Notes under the pieces: generated by a model
The model's input: the letters and a program-made list of their open reading frames with translations, nothing else
Database searches by the model: none
What the model was told of the DNA's origin: nothing
Position numbers and translations under genes: made by a program
Shown here: positions 10,461 through 21,359 of the stretch, one piece after another
Layout of the letters: every line of letters begins with the position of its first letter
Position numbering within the stretch: position 1 is the first letter of the stretch
Source of the DNA: Alphaproteobacteria bacterium
GTDB lineage: Bacteria > Pseudomonadota > Alphaproteobacteria > UBA828 > JAPUJA01
Direction: 5' to 3'
NCBI GenBank assembly: GCA_965198325.1
Contig: CBDAPE010000013.1
Coordinates: forward strand, 256,307 to 320,306
Length of the DNA: 64,000 nucleotides

Positions 10461-10885
10461 CTGATCGGCTCTCGCCCGAGGAACGCAGTGCCCAAATGCG
10501 GCGCATCCGCAAGGTGGACACGAAGCCCGAGTTGGCCGTACGGCGAATAACACACCGGCTGGGATACCGTTTCCGTCTCCACCGGCGTGACCTTCCGGGT
10601 ACTCCAGATCTTGTCTTTCCCCGTCTGAGGAAAGTCATATTCGTGTACGGATTTTTCTGGCATCAGCATGACTGCCACCTGGGCGCCAAGCAGCCGTCCA
10701 CTAACGCGGCCTACTGGTTGCCGAAGCCGGCACGGAACGTCGAGCGGGACAGACTCGCTAGGAAGCGGCTTGAGGATGACGGCTGGGGGATCTTGGCGAT
10801 CTGGGAATTCGAGACGAAGACGCCGGACCTTGTCACAACGCTGGTCGGGGATTTTCTCGGGGACGACTGTTGGCGGCAACCGTAA
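10457..10885 (+). CDS. vsr: very-short-patch repair endonuclease Vsr homolog (orphan, divergent active site)
   Basis: MTDRLSPEERSAQMRRIRKVDTKPELAVRRI…FVYGFFWHQHDC…NVERD…GWGILAIWEFE; ATGA overlap with the integrase fragment; first conserved His of FVHGCFWH replaced by Tyr. Confidence 0.7.
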   Translation: MTDRLSPEERSAQMRRIRKVDTKPELAVRRITHRLGYRFRLHRRDLPGTPDLVFPRLRKVIFVYGFFWHQHDCHLGAKQPSTNAAYWLPKPARNVERDRLARKRLEDDGWGILAIWEFETKTPDLVTTLVGDFLGDDCWRQP

Positions 10886-10989
10886 ATCTCACATTCTTGG
10901 CAATCCAAAATCGCACAGTTTTGGCTTGTCGATGACGGCGCGCCGGTCCGCTCTGTCGGCTTGGTCAACAGAGCGGGAACGGTGCGCGG

Positions 10990-11276
10990 ATGCATGGATG
11001 GGAGACCAGGATGTTGTTGAAACACTACTTGGATCAGGGCGTCTCGAAGGCGGAGCTGTCGAGGCGGTTCGGAGTAAGTCGTGGGACGATCCACTATTGG
11101 CTCAGGACGGGGCAACTGGACCGGGATCCGTCGGCCGGTGCAAGAGGGTATGCACCGCGTCCGCCGGTGACCCACAAGCTGGATCCCCCTACAAGGGGGT
11201 CATTGACGCGCGTCTTGAGGCATACCCGAAGCTCTCGGCGAAGCGGCTGTTCGACGAGGTCCGCGCGGCGGGCTAG
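10990..11276 (+). pseudogene. IS21-family IstA N-terminal fragment (frameshifted)
   Basis: HTH MLLKHYLDQGVSKAELSRRFGVSRGTIHYWL plus, in another frame, KGVIDARLEAYPKLSAKRLFDEVRAAG (IstA hallmark). Confidence 0.55.
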
Positions 11277-11279
11277 CAG

Positions 11280-11680
11280 CCGCGGCTTGTGGACGACCAT
11301 CGCCTGATCGCGGCCTGATGCCTTCAGCGCCATTTCCAAAGTGGCGGTGACGTCCTCGGCATTCATGGTCGTGCAGAGCTTCCAGGCGATGATATAGCGC
11401 GAGAAGTCGTCCAGGATGGTCGAGAGAGATAGAACCAGCCCCAACCGATGACCTTCAGACAGGTGAAGTCGGTCTGCCTGAGCTGGTTGGCCCGGGTTGT
11501 CTTCTCCTTGAACTCGTCCGCCGCCTTGATCACCACGAAGGCCGGGTTGGTGATCAGGTCATGGGCCTTGAGCAAACGATAGACGGATGCCTCCGACACG
11601 AAATCTCCTCCGGGATCGAGGCCGACTGGCGTTTTTCCATCCAGACGTCTAGATCGGCACGCAGATATCCCAATCACTTA
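11280..11680 (-). pseudogene. IS3-family orfB (integrase core) internal fragment
   Basis: …YRLLKAHDLITNPAFVVIKAADEFKEKTTRANQLRQTDFTCLKVIGWGWFYLS… and LSTILDDFSRYIIAWKLCTTMNAEDVTATLEMALKASG; about 85% identity to orfB at 43268..44249; frameshifted, truncated both ends. Confidence 0.65.
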
Positions 11681-11682
11681 TA

Positions 11683-12844
11683 CCAGTTTGTATTAAGTGC
11701 GACTCATTATGGGGATTCCCAAAGGCTCGAAAGTCTGAATCGATGGGGTGAACTGATTGGGAGGTTCACCATGGGCAGAGCGATTGCGTTACGGGAGGAT
11801 TTTGACGGTCCGGAGTTGCGGCAATTGGCGAAGGCGTCGAAGGATGCAGGATAACGCCGCCGGCTTCTTGCGCGGGCCGAGATTTACGATGGTAGTAGAC
11901 GCACGGACGCGGCTCGGCTCGGCGGTATCGGACTTCAGGTAGTCCGTGACTGGGTTCTCCGGTTCAATGCCAAGGGGCCGGAAGGTTTGATTGGCGGCGA
12001 GTCGACGGGCAAGCTGCCCAAACTCAACATCTCGCACCGTCGGGCGCTTGCAGAGATCGTGGAAAATGGGCCGATTACAGCGATCCATGGGGTGGTGCGT
12101 TAGCGCCTTGCGGACTTGGCGCGGTGGATATTCGAGGACTTCCGCATCTCGTTGGATTGTTCGACAGTGAGCCGTGAGTTGAGGGCCCTGGGGTTTTGCA
12201 AGATATCGGCGCGGCCGCGCCACAAAGGGCAGAACGAGTTCGCCGTCGAGGATTTTAAAAAACTTCTCCGCCGAGTTGGAAGAAATTCGCACCGGCCTCC
12301 CGGCCAACACCGTCGTAGAGAGTTGGTGGCAAGACGAGGCTCGGGTCGGCCAGAAGACCAAGCTCACGCGGCGTTGGGCTCGACGCGGCAGTCGTCCTAC
12401 GGCGCCCCGGGACCACCGCACGAAGTCAGCCTATATCTTCGGCGCTATCTGTCCCGCGCGCGGCGTCGGCGCCGGTCTCGTCCTGCCCCGCTGCAACACC
12501 CAGGCCATGCCATGGCATCTCGATGAAATCTCGTCCCAGGTGACGCCGGGCGCCCCCGCCGTGCTCATCCTCGATCGGGCCGGATGGCACACCACCGGAA
12601 AACTCGATATTCCCTCCAACATCACATTGCTGCCTTTGCCGCCAAGGGCGCCCGAACTGAACCCTGTCGAAAACATCTGGCAGTTCATGCGCGATAACTG
12701 GCTGTCCAACAGGATATTCAAGTCCGGCGACGAAATCGTCGCGCTCTGTTGTGAAGCCTGGAACAAACTGATCAATCAACCCTGGAAGATCATGTCCATC
12801 GGGCGGCGAGAATGGGCGTATGAGTGTTGATTAATGCAAACTGG
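11683..12844 (+). mobile_element. IS630-family element, copy 1 (transposase split by 3 or more frameshifts)
   Basis: 16-bp IR TACCAGTTTG(T/C)ATTAA at both ends, flanked by TA (11681-82, 12845-46); DDE region …ILDRAGWHTTGKLDIPSNITLLPLPPRAPELNPVENIW…. Confidence 0.8.
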
Positions 12845-12846
12845 TA

Positions 12847-12972
12847 TTAAATAACCTCACGCCCGCCGATGTCTACTTCGGGCGCGGCCAGACCATCCTG
12901 CTGAAAAGAGAAAGGATCAAACGAAAGACCATCGAGCACCGGCGCTTGCAACACCGCAACGGCGCTGCATAA
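12847..12972 (+). pseudogene. IS3-family orfB C-terminal tail fragment
   Basis: LNNLTPADVYFGRGQTILLKRERIKRKTIEHRRLQHRNGAA* nearly identical to the 3' end of orfB at 44120-44249. Confidence 0.6.
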
Positions 12973-13012
12973 AATAAACAACCAGATGAGCCAGAGCCTC
13001 TGTTGCTTTATA

Positions 13013-14179
13013 CCAACGAGCATTGATTAGGACCCATATGCCCATTGGCGTCGACCGATGGACATAATATTCCAGGGCCGATCGATGAGCTTGTTCCAGG
13101 CTTCGCAACAGAGCGCGGCGATTTCGTCGTAGGATTTGAAGACCCTGTTGGATAGCCAGTTATCGCGGATGAACTGCCATATGTTCTCCACCGGGTTCAG
13201 CTAGGGGGCTCTCGGAGACAAGGGCAGAAGTGTAATATTGGACGGCACCGTGAGCTTGCCTGTGGTATGCCATCCGGCGCGGTCGAGAAGGAGCACGGCG
13301 TGGGCAGCTGGGGTCACCTGGGACGAGATTTCATCGAGATGCCATTGCATGGCCTGGGTGTTGCAGCGGGGCAGGACGAGACCCGCACCGACACCGCGCG
13401 CGGGACAGGCGGCACCGAAGATACAGGCTGACATCGTGCGTTGGTCCTTGGGCGCCGCGGGTCGGCGGCCGCGTGGCGCCCGGCGCCGCGTGAGCTTCGT
13501 TTTTTGACCAACCCTGGCTTCATCTTGCCACCAGATTTCCATGTCGGTGTTGGCCGGAAGTCCGTTGCGGATCTCTGCCAATTCGGCGGGGAAGTTTTGT
13601 TAAATTTCTCGACCGCAAACTCGTTCTGCCCCTTGTGACGCGGGCGCGCCGAAATCTTGCGGAACCCCAACGCCTGTAGTTCGCGGCCGACGCTGGGCTC
13701 CTCGAGAGAGATACGAAATTCCTCGAATATCCAAAGCGCCAAATCTTTCCGACGCCAGCGCACCACACCGTGGATCGCCGGGATCGGTCCATCCTCGACG
13801 ATCCATCCGGGCAAGAGCCTAGCGTTGCTCGTCGTTGAGCTTCGGTCGCTTGCCCGGCGCTTCGCCGTCAATCAGGCCGTCCGATCCCTTGGCGTTGAAA
13901 CGCAACGCCCAGTCCCTGATGACTTGAAGCCCAACATCGCCGATCCGGGCTGCATCCGTGCGCTTGCCCCCATCGTAAATCTCGGCCAACGCCAGAAGAC
14001 GACGGCTCTGTCCGGCATCCTTCGACGCCTTGGCTAACCGACGCTATCCCAGCCCATCAAAGTCTTCACGCAATGCTACCGCTCTACCCATGTCGAACCT
14101 CCAAATCCGTTCGCCACATTGATTCACACTTTACCCCGTTTGGGAATCCCCAAAATGAATCTTACTCAGTGCTCTCTGG
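13013..14179 (-). mobile_element. IS630-family element, copy 2 (about 90% identical to copy 1, frameshifted transposase)
   Basis: TA-flanked; ORFs 13201..13581 and 13314..13871 encode the same DDE protein in pieces; IRs related to copy 1. Confidence 0.75.
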
Positions 14180-14199
14180 TATTTGTCTGTCGTCAAAAC

Positions 14200-14512
14200 A
14201 TTTGGGACAAGTGCTCGTGTTTTCTAACGGATGATCTGGCTCATCGCCGATCTTGCGCGGAGCCCCGGAGCGCGGTTCGTCGTAGAGGCCTTCGAGCCGG
14301 CGCTCGGCAAAGCGTCGACGCCACTTGCCGACGGTATTCGCATCGCCACCCACCCGCTCCGCAATCACCTTGTTCTCCAGCCCATCGGCCGCCGCCAGCA
14401 CGATCCGCGCCCGCCGCACCAGTCCTTGCGCTGTCTTCCGGCGGCGGGCCAAGCCTTCCAGCTCACGCCGCTCCGCTTCCGACAAGGTGATCGCCACCGC
14501 CACTCTGCTCAC
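14200..14512 (-). pseudogene. IS630-family (different subgroup) orfA N-terminal fragment
   Basis: MSRVAVAITLSEAERRELEGLARRRKTAQGLVRRARIVLAAADGLENKVIAERVGGDANTVGKWRRRF…; truncated by IS630 copy 2 on one side and IS5 on the other. Confidence 0.6.
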
Positions 14513-15080
14513 CAGTCATCCCTCCACCATAACCGGTGAACATATCCTACTAAACTTCTCGATCAGGACACTAGGGTCCGGACTCATTACAGCCACCAGA
14601 TGACGGCGGCGGTAAGGGCGATTGCTGCGATGAAGTTTTTGATGTTGCGGTCGAAGCGGGTGGCTATACGGCGCCAGTCCTTGAGGCGGCAAAACATGCG
14701 CTCGATGATGTTGCGCTGCCTGTAGACGGTCTTGTCATAATGGTATTGGACCTTGCGGTTCTTGCGCGGTGGGATGACGGCCGTGGTTCCGCGTTCTGCC
14801 AGCCAGTCGCGCAGGGCTTTGCTGTCATCGCCCTTGTCGGCGACGAGTTCGGCGGCGGGCGGCATGGCTTCGATACAGCGCTGGGCGAGCTTGCAATCAT
14901 GGACGTTTCCTGGTGTCAGGAGCAGGACGAGGGGCCTGCCTTTCGCATCGCAGACAGCGTGGAGCTTGGTGTTGCGGCCCCCCTTGGTGCGGCCGATGCC
15001 ATGGGCCAAGGCCCCCCTTTTCCGCCGCCGGCGCAGCGATGAACCTTGATGCAGGTTGAATCGATGAACAGCCGGTCGGG

Positions 15081-16421
15081 GGAGAGTGTCAGATATCTTG
15101 TGTAAATGAGTGCCGTGGGTCCAATATTTAGTATGGGAGGACCTACGATGAGGACTATCAGACCTGAACTTCTGGACGAACTTCTGGCCGATTACGAGAA
15201 GCCGGATGACCTGCTGGGCGAAGACGGGCTGTTCAAGCAGCTCAAGGCGGTGCTCTTGGAGCGGGCGCTTGACGCCGAGCTGAGCGATCACCTGGGCTAC
15301 GAGAAGGGTGACCCGGCCGGTCGCGGCACGGGTAACAGCCGCAACGGCTACTCGGACAAGACGGTGCTGAGCGAGGATGGCGAGATCGATATCGCCGTGC
15401 CGCGCGACCGCACCGGCACGTTCGACCCGCTGATCGTGCCCAAGGGCGAACGCCGTCTCGAGGGCTTCGACGATCGCATCGTGTCGCTGTATGCCCGCGG
15501 CATGACGGTGCGCGAGATACGTGGCCATCTGCAGGAGCTTTACGGGGTCGCGGTTTCGCCGGACCTGATCAGCCGGGTCACCGACGCGGTACTCGAGGAG
15601 GTCCGCGAATGGCAGAACCGACCGCTCGATGCGGTCTATCCGGTGGTGTTCTTTGACGCGCTGCGGGTCAAGATCCGCGACGAAGGCTTGGTGCGCAACA
15701 AAGCAGTCTACGTTGCACTGGCCCTCACCGCTGAAGGCGAGAAGGAGGTTCTCGGGCTGTGGATCGAGCAGACCGAAGGCGCCAAGTTCTGGCTCAAGGT
15801 GATGAACGACCTCAAGACCCGCGGCGTCGCTGACATCCTGATCGCCGTGGTCGACGGCCTCAAGGGCTTCCCCGAGGCGATAACAACGGTGTTCCCCGAG
15901 ACCACGGTGCAGACCTGCATCGTGCATCTGATCCGCAGTTCGCTGGCGTTCGTGTCGTGGAAGGACCGAAAGAGGATCATGCCCGATATCAAGGCGATCT
16001 ACCGCGCCGAAACCGCCGAGACCGCGGCGGCCAAGCTCGACGAGTTCGAGGCCAAATGGGGCGAGCGCTATCCGGCGATCGCGCCCAGCTGGCGCCGCGC
16101 CTGGGAGCAGGTGGTGCCGATGTTCGCGTTCCCGCCGGCGATCCGCAAGATGATCTACACCACCAACGCGCTGGAGAGCCTGCACCGATCTTTGCGCAAG
16201 ATCATCAAGACACGCGGTAGCTTCCCCAACGACGAGGCGGCGGTCAAGCTGTTGTTCCTGGCGATCCGCAATGCCGGTGTCGGCTGGAAACGGCCTATTG
16301 AATGGACCGCCGCAATGGGGCAGTTTGCGATCCTGTTCGAGGATCGCTTTCCGGCCTCAGCGCGCTGAGGCCGGAAACAATGTCGCCCACGGCGTCACTT
16401 ACACAGACAATCGGACACACC
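15081..16421 (+). mobile_element. IS256-family element, copy B (nested in IS5)
   Basis: Identical to copy A; perfect 8-bp target site duplication CGGTCGGG (15073-80 and 16422-29). Confidence 0.9.
15106..16368 (+). CDS. IS256-family transposase
   Basis: Identical 420-aa protein. Confidence 0.9.
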   Translation: MSAVGPIFSMGGPTMRTIRPELLDELLADYEKPDDLLGEDGLFKQLKAVLLERALDAELSDHLGYEKGDPAGRGTGNSRNGYSDKTVLSEDGEIDIAVPRDRTGTFDPLIVPKGERRLEGFDDRIVSLYARGMTVREIRGHLQELYGVAVSPDLISRVTDAVLEEVREWQNRPLDAVYPVVFFDALRVKIRDEGLVRNKAVYVALALTAEGEKEVLGLWIEQTEGAKFWLKVMNDLKTRGVADILIAVVDGLKGFPEAITTVFPETTVQTCIVHLIRSSLAFVSWKDRKRIMPDIKAIYRAETAETAAAKLDEFEAKWGERYPAIAPSWRRAWEQVVPMFAFPPAIRKMIYTTNALESLHRSLRKIIKTRGSFPNDEAAVKLLFLAIRNAGVGWKRPIEWTAAMGQFAILFEDRFPASAR

Positions 16422-16960
16422 CGGTCGGGGGCGTCTTCGCCGCCCGCCAGCGCACTGAATATCCGTTCCCAGATGCCGCGCTCCGCCCAGCGTACAAAGC
16501 GGTTGTAGAGCGTCTTCTTCGGTCCGTAGACCTCACGCGGACAGTCGGCCCAGCGCCCGCCATTCCTCAGGGCATGGACGATCCCGCTCAGCACCCGGCG
16601 ATCGTCAACGCGCGCCATGCCGCGCGTATCCGTCGGCAAAAGCGAAGCGATCCGAGCCCATTGCGCATCCGAAAACCAAAAGAAATCCGACATTTCCATC
16701 GCCTCCTCGCTGGAGACAATGAATCATGCCAGCCCCGCTTTGGGAATCCCCTTAATGGGTCCGGACCCTAGCGGCGACCAGTAAACAGATCTACATGCGA
16801 TGAATAGCTGAAGACACGATTGCAGGCGTTTCCTGTTACCTCGCTGACGGCAGCGATCTCGACAAAACGTTCCATCAAGCGGTTATCCTATGTGCAACTT
16901 CCTTTCCGATGCATGTGGCATTTTCTGTACGCAGTGGCGATGGCACACGATCCACCCCGA

Positions 16961-18904
16961 CTATCGTCGGCTAACCGCCTCCGCCTTGTCTGAATCTTCC
17001 CACCACGCTTCCAGAACGATGCCGTAAAGCGGTGTGACCTCAGGCCGACCGAACTTGTCCCAATAGGCGATTCGGTCATCGTTCAGGTGATAGAGGGGGA
17101 CAAAGTAGTGTCCCCACAGCAGCACCCTATCCATGGCGCGGATAATGTCGACGAAGGCGTCCCGGTCGCGTGCCTTGGTCATGAGGTCGATGAGCTTGTC
17201 GACGGCCGGATCTCGTATCCCCGGATAGTTGCGCGTCCCCTCCTGCCCGGCCGCCTGGGTGCCCCAGTAGAACGCCTGTTCATTCCCTGGAGAGAGCGAC
17301 ATCCCCCAGCGGTATATGATCATGTCGAAGTCGTAGACGTTTAGCCTGTACTGGTATTGCGATGTGTCAACGGTCCGGACCCGCACCTTGACGCCCAGAC
17401 GCTCGAGGTTGCGGGTGAAGGAAAGGGCGATCTTCTCGTTTGCCGGATCCACCAGCAGAATCTCGAACGCCATGGGCAATCCGTCTGCCACCCGCTGGAG
17501 CGATCCCTCATGCACGGCCCACCCTGCCTCGGCTAGCAAGCGCCGCGCCGCTTTGAGGTTGGCGCGGATGCTGCCATCGACGGCCAGTGGGCGGTAGGTG
17601 TCCTCGAACAGCTCACGGGGCAGGCGCTCGCGATGGGGCTCCAACAGATCGCGTTCACGCCCATCCGGGATGCCGCGTGAGCCGAGCTCCGAGTTATCGA
17701 AGATGCTGTGCGTGCGGACGTACGCACCGTGCAGCAGCGTCTTGTTGACCCAGGCGAAGTCGAATGCGTGCGCCAGGGCGTGGCGAACCGCGCGGTCAGC
17801 GAAAATCTCCCGCCGTGTGTTGAAAACGAAAGCGAACATACCGGAGGGCCGACCATGCGGAAGGCGATCGAGCTTGACGCGGCCGTCCGCCGCGGCAGGG
17901 AAATCGTACGCGGTTGCCCAACGCTTGGCCGAGTATTCCTGGCGAAGGTCGTACTCGCCCGCCTTGAAGGCCTCCAGCATTACGTCGCCGTCGCGGTAGT
18001 AATCGAACCGGATGCGGTCGAAGTTGTGCTGCCCCCGGTTGATAGGCAGGTCACGTCCCCAGTAGTCGGGATCACGACGATAAACGATGCTGCGGCCCGC
18101 ATCGACGCTCTCAACACGATAGGGACCGCTGCCGAGCGGCGGATCGAGCGTTGTCTCCTCGAACGTCACTGCCGTGTAATACGCCTTCGACAGGATCGGC
18201 ATCAAACCCATGATCAGCGGTAACTCGCGGTCCGGCGATGCGGCATCGAATATGAACCGCACCGAGCGCGCATCGGGTCGCTCGACGCTCCGGACCTGCC
18301 GGTAATAGAGCCGGTGGTTGGGCCTGCCGTTTTCTTTCAGCGTCTCCCACGAAAAGACGACATCGTCCACAGTGATCGGACTGCCGTCGTGGAAACGCGC
18401 CTCCGGCCTCAGCACAAAGGTGACGGAAGAGCGGTCGTCCGGCACCTCGATCGATTCGGCGATCAAACCATAGAGCGAGAACGGCTCATTCCACGTCCGT
18501 TTGAGGAGGCTTTCGAAAACCAAGTGACGCCCGTGCGCCGGCACGCCATTGATGATGAATGGGTTGAGGTTATCGAAGATGCCCGTCACGGCACGCCAAA
18601 GCTCACCGCCCTTCGGGGCGCTGGGATTGACGTAGTCGAGGTGATCGAAGCCGGCTTCGTACTTGGGTGCCCCATGCATGGCGATGCCGTGGCTCTGCGC
18701 GGCCGCGGATCGCATGCCGCCCACCAGCAGGGCCGCAAGGACGATCACAACCAAGCATCTAAGTGCTGGCTCAAGCGCAACGCCGACACCCTGCCTTGGC
18801 CTAGAGCCGGAGATGGGGGCCAAAGGACGACAGAAAAAGAAAATCATATAGCGCCACAGCCTATCAGTATCGACTGCGACTCCCAGCCAGGATGATGCGG
18901 TCAT
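16961..18904 (-). CDS. ABC transporter substrate-binding protein, family 5 (YejA/oligopeptide/microcin-C type); start uncertain
   Basis: …HGIAMHGAPKYEAGFDHLDYVNPSAPKGGEL… typical YejA-like solute-binding protein; no permease or ATPase genes follow (IS junction at 16768). Confidence 0.8.
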   Translation of the reverse strand: MTASSWLGVAVDTDRLWRYMIFFFCRPLAPISGSRPRQGVGVALEPALRCLVVIVLAALLVGGMRSAAAQSHGIAMHGAPKYEAGFDHLDYVNPSAPKGGELWRAVTGIFDNLNPFIINGVPAHGRHLVFESLLKRTWNEPFSLYGLIAESIEVPDDRSSVTFVLRPEARFHDGSPITVDDVVFSWETLKENGRPNHRLYYRQVRSVERPDARSVRFIFDAASPDRELPLIMGLMPILSKAYYTAVTFEETTLDPPLGSGPYRVESVDAGRSIVYRRDPDYWGRDLPINRGQHNFDRIRFDYYRDGDVMLEAFKAGEYDLRQEYSAKRWATAYDFPAAADGRVKLDRLPHGRPSGMFAFVFNTRREIFADRAVRHALAHAFDFAWVNKTLLHGAYVRTHSIFDNSELGSRGIPDGRERDLLEPHRERLPRELFEDTYRPLAVDGSIRANLKAARRLLAEAGWAVHEGSLQRVADGLPMAFEILLVDPANEKIALSFTRNLERLGVKVRVRTVDTSQYQYRLNVYDFDMIIYRWGMSLSPGNEQAFYWGTQAAGQEGTRNYPGIRDPAVDKLIDLMTKARDRDAFVDIIRAMDRVLLWGHYFVPLYHLNDDRIAYWDKFGRPEVTPLYGIVLEAWWEDSDKAEAVSRR

Positions 18905-19839
18905 GCAGCTCCTTTACCCTTGCCTCGCGCGCCGGCGATCGAGTCTGGGGGCATCACGGCGCAGGCGGTCGACAGGCCGTCGGCGAGTGTCGCACGCGTC
19001 GCCACCACCGAGGCGCTGGCATGGTGGTTCGCCGAGTGTCCCGTTGCGGGGTCGAGCAAGTGATGAAATCGCCCGCTGGGTTCGAAGAGGGTGCCGTAGC
19101 CGCCCGAGGTCGCCACCGCTTCGTCGTTCAGGGTGACCGTCGCGATCGTCCCGGTCGGATCGAACGGGTCCCGGATTCCGACGGTCCAGGCGCGTCCGCG
19201 GGGCGATCGGCCATGAGCCCCGGTTTCGCCCAGATCGACCAACAGGTTCCCCACGCCCGCGCGGCGCAACAGCGCGGCCACGCGGTCGGTGGCAAACCCC
19301 TGCGCGATGCCGTTCAGCGTCAGAGCCATGCCGGGGCACCGAAATCCGATTCGTCTCGGCGCCACTTCAACGGCTCGAAAATCCGCTAGCGCGCGCGCTG
19401 CCGCAACCCGATCCGCAGGCGGTCCAGAGGGCTCTGGGTTCGGCGTCGAGAAATGCTCCGCATAGAGCGGCTGGATGGTGGGGTCGAACGCACCCTCCGT
19501 CGCCTCCGAGATCGCCAGCGCCTCATTCAGCAACTCCACCAGTTCGATCGGGGGCTCGTCGAGGCGGCCTCGGCAGTTGAGCCGCGCCAGCGCGGAGTCG
19601 GGGCGGTACAAACTGAAAATGCTCTCCAGCCGCTCGATTTCGTCCCGGACTTCCATGATCAGTGCGTTTGCCTGGCCTTCTTCCAGGCCATGCAGCAAGA
19701 CGGTCGCGTCGGCACCGAACGCCATGCCCGACCATCTAATCGTTCGACTCTCTGCGGCAGTGTGCAGGCTGAACGCCATGAGCGCAAGCCCGCCCGTCGC
19801 ACCGGCCGCGATCAGGATGCTGCGCCGCGACAACGTCAT
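18901..19839 (-). CDS. apbE: FAD:protein FMN transferase ApbE family, Tat-secreted
   Basis: Tat motif SRRSILIAAGATGG; ApbE family features; 4-bp overlap with the solute-binding protein gene. Confidence 0.8.
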   Translation of the reverse strand: MTLSRRSILIAAGATGGLALMAFSLHTAAESRTIRWSGMAFGADATVLLHGLEEGQANALIMEVRDEIERLESIFSLYRPDSALARLNCRGRLDEPPIELVELLNEALAISEATEGAFDPTIQPLYAEHFSTPNPEPSGPPADRVAAARALADFRAVEVAPRRIGFRCPGMALTLNGIAQGFATDRVAALLRRAGVGNLLVDLGETGAHGRSPRGRAWTVGIRDPFDPTGTIATVTLNDEAVATSGGYGTLFEPSGRFHHLLDPATGHSANHHASASVVATRATLADGLSTACAVMPPDSIAGARGKGKGAA

Positions 19840-19903
19840 GGCATTGGTGGCGCTGAAATGCCGCTATCTGGACCCGGACGAATCAACCTGCCGGTCGCAA
19901 TCG

Positions 19904-21049
19904 TCAGCCGCCGCAGCCAGGGCCGCCCTCGCCCTCCACGGTGTAAAGCGCCATCATCCCCGCCGTGATGTGGTCGTTGACGTGGCAATGGAACATCCAG
20001 GTCCCCGGCGCGTCCGGCTGCATGTCGACGATCCGGGTGCTCGCGGGCATGAGCTCGATCACGTCGACACGCCGGCCATGGAGAATTCCGGTATTCCCAT
20101 GCCAGTGGGGCGAATGCAGGTCGACTTCAGTGCCGAGCGCGAACGTATACCAGCGCACCCGCTCGCAGCGGTTCATGACGAGCCCGTCCAGGTTCGCATA
20201 GACCCGGCCGTTGATGGTATGCATCAGGTTGCCTTCGACGAAGTCCTCATCCTCCGGGTCGGGCGCCGGTCCCTCGACGAAGCGGGCGATATTCTTGTCC
20301 AGGTACCAGCTCACGTTCTCGTCGAACACCGTAAACAGGGTGACGAATTCACGGTCGACGTCCGCCGGGCTGCCGTCGGGCTTGGCCATACCCGGGGTGG
20401 TCACGACGATGGCACCGACGAGGCCCGAATTGGTGTCGCGCGGCTCGTCCACATGGCCGTGGTAGAGCCAAGCCACCGAGCTCGGGTCGCCAGGCCCGGG
20501 CCCGGCGCGCTCGGGCACCTCCCAGACATAGGTGTATTCCCCGCCGGGCGGCACGCCGTCGTCGAGTTTGTCGTCGCCCGCGGTGCCGTCGGCGTAGGGC
20601 GAGCCCTCGTTCGCCTTGTCGTAGAACACCCCGTGCGGGTGAATCGTATTCGGCCGCGACGCGTTGTTGCGAAATACCACGCGGATGGTATCGCCGACCT
20701 CGGCGTGAATAACCGGGCCGAGCACGCCCAGATGCTCCCACGCCTCGCCGCCAGGCCTGATGGTGGAGAAGCTCGCGTCGGTGTATTCCCGGTAGATCAC
20801 CTTGCGGTAGACCCGTCCGATCTGCCCGTCGGCATTTACCACGAACACCGCCTGCTCCTCGGTGAACGGTTGATCCATCATCCGGTCGTACCCGGCAGGC
20901 GCATAATCCCATTCGACCTCGTCGGCCGCGATGTAATGGATTCGCTCCGCTGCACGGGCCGCGTCGGGGCTGATAGCGGTGACGAACAATCCCAGCGCGA
21001 GAGCCGCGCCGAGCGCGGCGAAAAAAGCGACTTTCCGTGAATCTCTCAT
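19904..21049 (-). CDS. periplasmic multicopper oxidase (cupredoxin domains)
   Basis: Signal peptide MRDSRKVAFFAALGAALALGLFV; copper-ligand motifs HPHG…, HGH, HCHVNDH…M. Confidence 0.8.
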   Translation of the reverse strand: MRDSRKVAFFAALGAALALGLFVTAISPDAARAAERIHYIAADEVEWDYAPAGYDRMMDQPFTEEQAVFVVNADGQIGRVYRKVIYREYTDASFSTIRPGGEAWEHLGVLGPVIHAEVGDTIRVVFRNNASRPNTIHPHGVFYDKANEGSPYADGTAGDDKLDDGVPPGGEYTYVWEVPERAGPGPGDPSSVAWLYHGHVDEPRDTNSGLVGAIVVTTPGMAKPDGSPADVDREFVTLFTVFDENVSWYLDKNIARFVEGPAPDPEDEDFVEGNLMHTINGRVYANLDGLVMNRCERVRWYTFALGTEVDLHSPHWHGNTGILHGRRVDVIELMPASTRIVDMQPDAPGTWMFHCHVNDHITAGMMALYTVEGEGGPGCGG

Positions 21050-21359
21050 CTCCGTACATCCTGTTTCTCTCATGGGCGCGCATCCTGTCGTTGTCGGTAC
21101 GACGAGCCTGGAAGGGTGAACCCCCACGCGGCGCAGGCTACGCTCGATCCGGCTCCGAGTCCGCTCACGGCGAAGATGTCACAATGCGAATGATTGTCAA
21201 TATCAATTAACGCCGGTGGTGCGACGTTGGCGCCCCAGCTCGAACTTGCCGCTCTCGGGGTCGCCAGCGAGCAGTGCGCCCGTTGCGATGTCGAAATAAG
21301 CCCTGTGCGGCGAGAGCCGGCCGGCCGCGAGCCGATCCTTGACGAAGGAAACAGCCGGT

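Larger units (their letters stand above)
14575..16767 (-). mobile_element. IS5-family (IS427 group) element carrying nested IS256 copy B
   Basis: IRs GGTCCGGAC(T/C)C flanked by CTAG on both sides; about 843 bp without the nested IS; orfA MEMSDFFWFSDAQWARIASLLPTDTRG… (16422..16699) and DDE C-terminus …LADKGDDSKALRDWLAERG… (14587..15072). Confidence 0.8.

Noticed and set aside
18901-21049. ApbE flavinylation target in the adjacent multicopper oxidase or YejA-like protein
   Set aside because: Scanned both proteins by eye for the [S/T]GA[S/T]-type motif and found none. Not claimed.
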